From Promethearchaeota archaeon (GTDB taxonomy: Archaea > Asgardarchaeota > Lokiarchaeia > Sigyniarchaeales > SOKP01): DNA of 64,000 nt. The DNA lies in assembly GCA_048937405.1 (NCBI GenBank), contig JBHLNF010000002.1, forward strand, positions 448,001-512,000, given 5' to 3'. Below the pieces are notes generated by a model. That model was not told where the DNA came from. It saw only the letters and a program-made list of their open reading frames with translations, and searched no databases. Shown here one piece after another: positions 59,389-64,000 of this stretch. Numbering within the stretch: the first letter of the stretch is position 1; each line of letters opens with the position of its first letter. Made by a program: the position numbers and the translations under genes.

Positions 59389-60726
59389 TTATTTTTCAAT
59401 TAATTGTGTTTTTCCCGTCCCCCATACTCCAAGGGCGACACCTAATTCCTTCTTCTCTTTAGCTACGTCTTTTACGTTCTTACCCTCCATAACCGCATCT
59501 ATTGCTTGTCTAAAAGCAATAGCGCCAGCTATAGGCCCATCAGGATGACTATGGATACCACCTCCACTTCCAATAAGGATATCCGTTCCAGCTTCTTTTA
59601 TACATTTCTCAACCATTCCTTGTGTTATTCCACCACTAGGCATTGGGAGTGTTGGTTTAATGTTTTGTAATGAATATCGAAGGGCCTTAAGATTTTGCTC
59701 ATATCTTTCTTCTAATATTTCTGCCTTTCCATATGGGGCAGGGATGACTACTATATCAGCACCACAAATCCGTGGTAATTTTGCAAATGTTAACATACTA
59801 GTCATTCCTGTCCATTCTCCTCCAAAATATGTACCACCAAAATCCATGTGTCCTAGAATTGGAACATTTATTGAAGGATCCTCTGCTATTTGTCTCAGAG
59901 CTTCATAACCAGTAGCTAAATAATTTATCATCAAGGCATTGGCACCTAATTCGATCATCTTATCCGCGTGTTCAAATATATCTGGGAATTTAGAGGTAAT
60001 ATTGATAGTATATAAAGTTTTTTCGCCTTTCTCTGCGTCTGCTTTGTCAACAGCTTCCATAACCTTGACAATTCGCTCTTCAAGTCTATTAAAGGAGGGA
60101 TCTGAGATTAATTCATCATCTTTTACTACATCGCAACCACCGACTGCAGCTTTATAAACTAAATCTGCAGCTACATCTGCTGTATGCCCCGTACACGGTT
60201 TAACCATATTATTCAAAAGTGGACGTGTAGGAATATTCATAAGTTTCCTAATTCCATCAATTCCAAATTTAGGACCTTTAAAATCTTCTAACCAAGCTTT
60301 AGGAAATGCTAAATCAACCAACTTTAAACCGTGAGTTATACTAATATTTCCAATTACTGTTGTGAATAACATTGGAATCCCCATTCCCTTAATATTTATG
60401 ATAGGAAATCCGATTTGAACGAAGTATGTTCTTTCTTTAATATCTTTAGGGATAACATATTCATACATAGGAAGTTCATATACGCCAAGTACTCTAGCAA
60501 CATGGTATTTTCTCACTTCTTCTGTTTCAGCTGGAACTCTAATCCAAGTTCCAGTGGATTGTTCAATTGCAGCAAAACGGGATAAGTAATTAACATTTTG
60601 GCCTTTAGGACGTTTAATAATGTATGAAGCAATTATATATTTTTCTATATCAATTCCATCTAACATAGCTTCTGGAACATCATAATATTGCTCACAAGAG
60701 GGAAATTCTCCTTCCATTTTAATCAC
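59389..60726 (-). CDS. RuBisCO-like protein (form IV)
   Basis: EQSTGTW, GPKFG, KDDE, SGG and GGG present, but VKPCTG (K177 lost) and GHMDF (R295 lost). Confidence 0.85.
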   Translation of the reverse strand: MIKMEGEFPSCEQYYDVPEAMLDGIDIEKYIIASYIIKRPKGQNVNYLSRFAAIEQSTGTWIRVPAETEEVRKYHVARVLGVYELPMYEYVIPKDIKERTYFVQIGFPIINIKGMGIPMLFTTVIGNISITHGLKLVDLAFPKAWLEDFKGPKFGIDGIRKLMNIPTRPLLNNMVKPCTGHTADVAADLVYKAAVGGCDVVKDDELISDPSFNRLEERIVKVMEAVDKADAEKGEKTLYTINITSKFPDIFEHADKMIELGANALMINYLATGYEALRQIAEDPSINVPILGHMDFGGTYFGGEWTGMTSMLTFAKLPRICGADIVVIPAPYGKAEILEERYEQNLKALRYSLQNIKPTLPMPSGGITQGMVEKCIKEAGTDILIGSGGGIHSHPDGPIAGAIAFRQAIDAVMEGKNVKDVAKEKKELGVALGVWGTGKTQLIEK

Positions 60727-60827
60727 TTCTAGTTTTAAAATTATAATTATTTCTATAATGAAATTATTTTTAAATATTGAAAAATCTTAGTATAAAAAAA
60801 AATAAGATAAAGAAAAATAAAAAAATA

Positions 60828-61955
60828 TTAAACTTCAGTTTTAGCAGCTTCTTTTGCAGCAGCTTTGGCTACAGCTTTAATATCACTGTAAGAATTTTCC
60901 AGTACTGTTAAATATTCAACTAATACTTGACTTGCTTTTGATTTCTGATCGTATACTTTCTTGATAGTGTTAAGTAGATATTTAGGAAATACGAGATCTA
61001 AGTAATAATCTGAAAGAAGTGCATAGTATTCATTATTTCTATCATCTTGGAATACTTGAATCATCTGAGTATCCCAAAGCAACTTTAATACATCATCTAA
61101 GTCATCGACGCCTTTCTTTCTTAACTTCTCAAGGTCATTCTTGGTTACTATTGCTGTCCTTAATAATCGCAATGTTTCATACACTTGTGGATTAATTAGT
61201 ATATCTATTATCCTAAGATTGTCTCCTTCTGATGGACGATAATTTTGAAAGTATTTCTTTACTTCCATCTTATAATCCTCCTCAAGTTGTGAAGGTAAAC
61301 CTCGATTGGAGGGATCACTATAAATTTTAACAGGAGGTACTCTTAATGCAACAACATCTTGAATTAAAAAGATTAATTCCGATGGCATACCTTTTACAGA
61401 AGTTTCTTTTACAATTTCTCGTTTAATCAGCTCTGTTAAAACGCCTTCTAGATCAACAAAACCTTGTTTATATTGATCTTTAAGCCATACCATTAATTCA
61501 GATTTAGAAACTACACCCTCATCTCTTAAGCGACTAATTATTAATCTTTTAATCTCATCTTGATAGGTGATAGCAAGACGTTGCTCATTATTGAGTGTGG
61601 GATACACAGATAATCTTCTAAAAAGATCAGGGATCATTGGTACATAGGCATCATCTGTTATATTTTGAAGAATTATTCGAGAAATGTCTATTAATCCTCC
61701 TTCATAAGCGTCGGGATCATCATCTAAACTTAAAAGTAAAAGAATATAAAAGCCTTTATCAGGACCAGTGTAATATGAAGCGATATTTAAAGATCCTATC
61801 ATTAGACTGATCATCCCGGATTCACCACTGTATTCATGAGTGCTATATACTTGCATAAGAGTTTTATCAGTTATATTTAACTCTTCTGGATATTTCGCGA
61901 GGATCTCAGTTCCAACTCGTTCATCCCATCTCATTATTGCTAATCCAACAGGCAT
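60828..61955 (-). CDS. DENN/longin-like protein (eukaryotic-signature type)
   Basis: N-terminal GLAIMRWDERVGTEILAKYP matches the uDENN/longin start (FD...GP.+...YP). Confidence 0.6.
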   Translation of the reverse strand: MPVGLAIMRWDERVGTEILAKYPEELNITDKTLMQVYSTHEYSGESGMISLMIGSLNIASYYTGPDKGFYILLLLSLDDDPDAYEGGLIDISRIILQNITDDAYVPMIPDLFRRLSVYPTLNNEQRLAITYQDEIKRLIISRLRDEGVVSKSELMVWLKDQYKQGFVDLEGVLTELIKREIVKETSVKGMPSELIFLIQDVVALRVPPVKIYSDPSNRGLPSQLEEDYKMEVKKYFQNYRPSEGDNLRIIDILINPQVYETLRLLRTAIVTKNDLEKLRKKGVDDLDDVLKLLWDTQMIQVFQDDRNNEYYALLSDYYLDLVFPKYLLNTIKKVYDQKSKASQVLVEYLTVLENSYSDIKAVAKAAAKEAAKTEV

Positions 61956-64000
61956 TAGTCAGCACCTCCTTTAAATTCTTCTTTTACTTCAGGTAATTTC
62001 ATCTTCTTTTTCTCTTTGACTCCCATAATATCCTCCAAAGATAATCCAATCGAATCCCATTTATCTCCTAGTTTCTTCACTATAAATTCTTCTTTTGAAG
62101 GATAAAGTAAGGAATCGGATATAATTTTATTTCCCTTAATGCTTTTCTTCATTGATCTCGACTTCTTGACAAATGTAGGGATTCTCCGTTGCTGAACTAT
62201 ACGATATGCAGTAAGACTTCCCGCAACAGCTATTATTGATCCTATAATCATTACAAAATAGAATGTTGGGAAACCAAATATTTCTTGCATATTAACTACT
62301 ATAGTAATAGTTGAAGATTTGGTCTCAAAGTATTGCTTTTCGATTGTTAGTGTAGCTGTAAATGTTTCAGGCACAAAGAATGGATTAGAAATTGCAGGTA
62401 TATTAACTATATAAGAACCATCACCATTATCAGTAAAAACATAAGTTTCATCTCCAAGTGTTAAATAAACGCTTGCTCCTGTAATTGGTGCCGAATTATT
62501 ATTGGGATCTGTAAGATCTATTGAAAATTGTAATGTTTTTCCTGCATCTATTTCAATCTTAGAATCTAAAAGTAACTCAGGCCAACCAATATCTATAATT
62601 CTTTCCAAAATCGTTAAAGAAACTATCGCAATTCTGTATTCATAATTTTTTTTAGCAAGTGTAACTATCACAGAATATTCTCCATCGTGTCGTAATTCTG
62701 TATCAAGATCTAACACGAATTCATTGCCTATTGGGATTAGTGAACCTATTTCTGAAGTGCCTTGAATTGGATCACCATTTTCATCCAATTCTTGCATTAT
62801 ATAACTCATTTCATCTAAATTTGAGATTGGACTATTCCTCAAAACATCTGTATAATCAAAAGAAAAATTAAGTTCTTCAAAGATATAAATTGATTCAGAA
62901 ACATACACTATTCCTGTCGAGTCTTCCGTACTGGTTGGTCTAGTTAATATAGTTATGAAAAAATCAAAATTTACAATTTCGGTATAGTTCTCACGTCTAG
63001 CAGTAAATTCTAAATGATATGTACCAACATTCTCTACTACTGAAGTATCAAGTTCTAATATATAATATTCAGAATTTATTGGATCTGGGCTTAAAGTACC
63101 TGAACCATAGTCCCAATCATAAGTGAAAGATTCTGGAGTTAAAGAATTATTATTGCTTGCATCATAGTATTTTAAGGTTATATTTATTAATTCATCATAA
63201 TATTCTGAAATTGAATTACTTTCTAACTCATCTAATGTTTCATAATCATGTATGCTCATTCCTGTTGGTCTTGAATTTATTGTGATTTCAGCAAATATAG
63301 GGATAGGATCAACATATCCTAGTTTACTTCCAGTTATTTCAACCGAATATATTTCATAATTATTTCCAGCTGAGAACTCATATGAAGGAATTGTCACTGT
63401 AAAAACTCCATCAGTAACAAAATTCATATCATAAGATTTAATTCCCCCTATTGTACAAATTATTTCATCAGGATCATCTAGACCTACCCAGTTAGCCCCA
63501 ACTCCAGCTTTAATCGTAAAATTAACAGAGAAGGTCATGTCGCTTCCCCAAATTACAGCAGTATCTCCTGAATAATCAATAAACATTGATTGGTAATCAT
63601 CGATATTTATTAGTAACTTAAATACAAGTGAAGTATTGAATCTTAAAGAATAATTGTAGTGATTAACTAAACTTGGAGATGGATCATATTGATCTGTTTT
63701 ATTTACTAAAAAGTTTTTATCACTACCACCATAGAAGTTTAAACTAAAAGTGTAGTTTTCTGTTGGATTTCTTACATACCAGAAATCTGATTCGGAATTG
63801 ATCTGTCCATGAGCATATCCTTCACTATCTGTAATCAAGTTTGTAATTGAATCTCCAGTAGAATTCTTAACTTTAACGATACAAGATTGGACAGGTATAA
63901 TTTCATCGCTTGTATCAATTACTCGAATCTGTAATTTAGCCATTGAAGTTTTATTATATATATTGCATGTTTCAACGGTCTCTACTAAAATTGTACCATT
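61955..64000 (-). CDS. Large cell-surface protein with Ig-like repeats and a C-terminal TM anchor; 5' end lies beyond the window
   Basis: Frame stays open to 64000; repeated beta-rich units, many NxS/T sequons, TM then basic tail. Confidence 0.75.
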   Translation of the reverse strand, partial: NGTILVETVETCNIYNKTSMAKLQIRVIDTSDEIIPVQSCIVKVKNSTGDSITNLITDSEGYAHGQINSESDFWYVRNPTENYTFSLNFYGGSDKNFLVNKTDQYDPSPSLVNHYNYSLRFNTSLVFKLLINIDDYQSMFIDYSGDTAVIWGSDMTFSVNFTIKAGVGANWVGLDDPDEIICTIGGIKSYDMNFVTDGVFTVTIPSYEFSAGNNYEIYSVEITGSKLGYVDPIPIFAEITINSRPTGMSIHDYETLDELESNSISEYYDELINITLKYYDASNNNSLTPESFTYDWDYGSGTLSPDPINSEYYILELDTSVVENVGTYHLEFTARRENYTEIVNFDFFITILTRPTSTEDSTGIVYVSESIYIFEELNFSFDYTDVLRNSPISNLDEMSYIMQELDENGDPIQGTSEIGSLIPIGNEFVLDLDTELRHDGEYSVIVTLAKKNYEYRIAIVSLTILERIIDIGWPELLLDSKIEIDAGKTLQFSIDLTDPNNNSAPITGASVYLTLGDETYVFTDNGDGSYIVNIPAISNPFFVPETFTATLTIEKQYFETKSSTITIVVNMQEIFGFPTFYFVMIIGSIIAVAGSLTAYRIVQQRRIPTFVKKSRSMKKSIKGNKIISDSLLYPSKEEFIVKKLGDKWDSIGLSLEDIMGVKEKKKMKLPEVKEEFKGGAD

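Noticed and set aside
814-60157. Numerous short antisense/overlapping ORFs in the track (e.g. 814-1116, 2395-2670, 17383-17709, 25792-26289, 39909-40190, 59660-59908)
   Set aside because: Shadow ORFs of well-supported genes on the other strand or frame
1-64000. CRISPR arrays, rRNA genes, intact IS transposases
   Set aside because: No regularly spaced repeats, rRNA-like segments or transposase motifs seen by eye

Overview
This is an AT-rich archaeal chromosomal segment, almost certainly from a Lokiarchaeia (Asgard) genome. The evidence is a Loki-CTERM-type tail, gelsolin-, DENN/longin- and LRR-like proteins, and multi-UGA HdrA/MvhD selenoproteins with a eukaryote-type SECIS. The housekeeping backbone includes hisS, pyrF, lig, a hisC-like gene, hsp20, a RidA-family gene, an ABC transporter and an MttB/corrinoid/homocysteine methyltransferase operon. 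Five main signals are not explained by the ORF track. (1) The AMP phosphorylase gene is split by a 30-nt, stop-containing insert inside the conserved DKHSTGG motif. The insert folds into a bulge-helix-bulge-type splice motif, and excision at the standard cut sites restores the protein exactly, so it is a candidate tRNA-endonuclease-type mRNA intron. (2) tRNA-His(GTG) carries two non-canonical introns with the same geometry. (3) A three-gene cassette encodes a Hint-domain protein, an unannotated 55-aa Cys-containing peptide and a radical SAM/SPASM enzyme, and is a candidate RiPP system bracketed by degenerate repeats. (4) A ~10.4-kb island lies between the hisS 3' end and a decayed 149-bp copy of it. 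It carries paralogous helix+beta-hairpin proteins (one with a PASTA domain), a Cys-to-Ser C39-like peptidase and a GT4/GH130 operon. (5) An hdrA-mvhD operon has five in-frame UGA (Sec) codons and one downstream SECIS. All family assignments come from motif recognition by eye; no searches were run.
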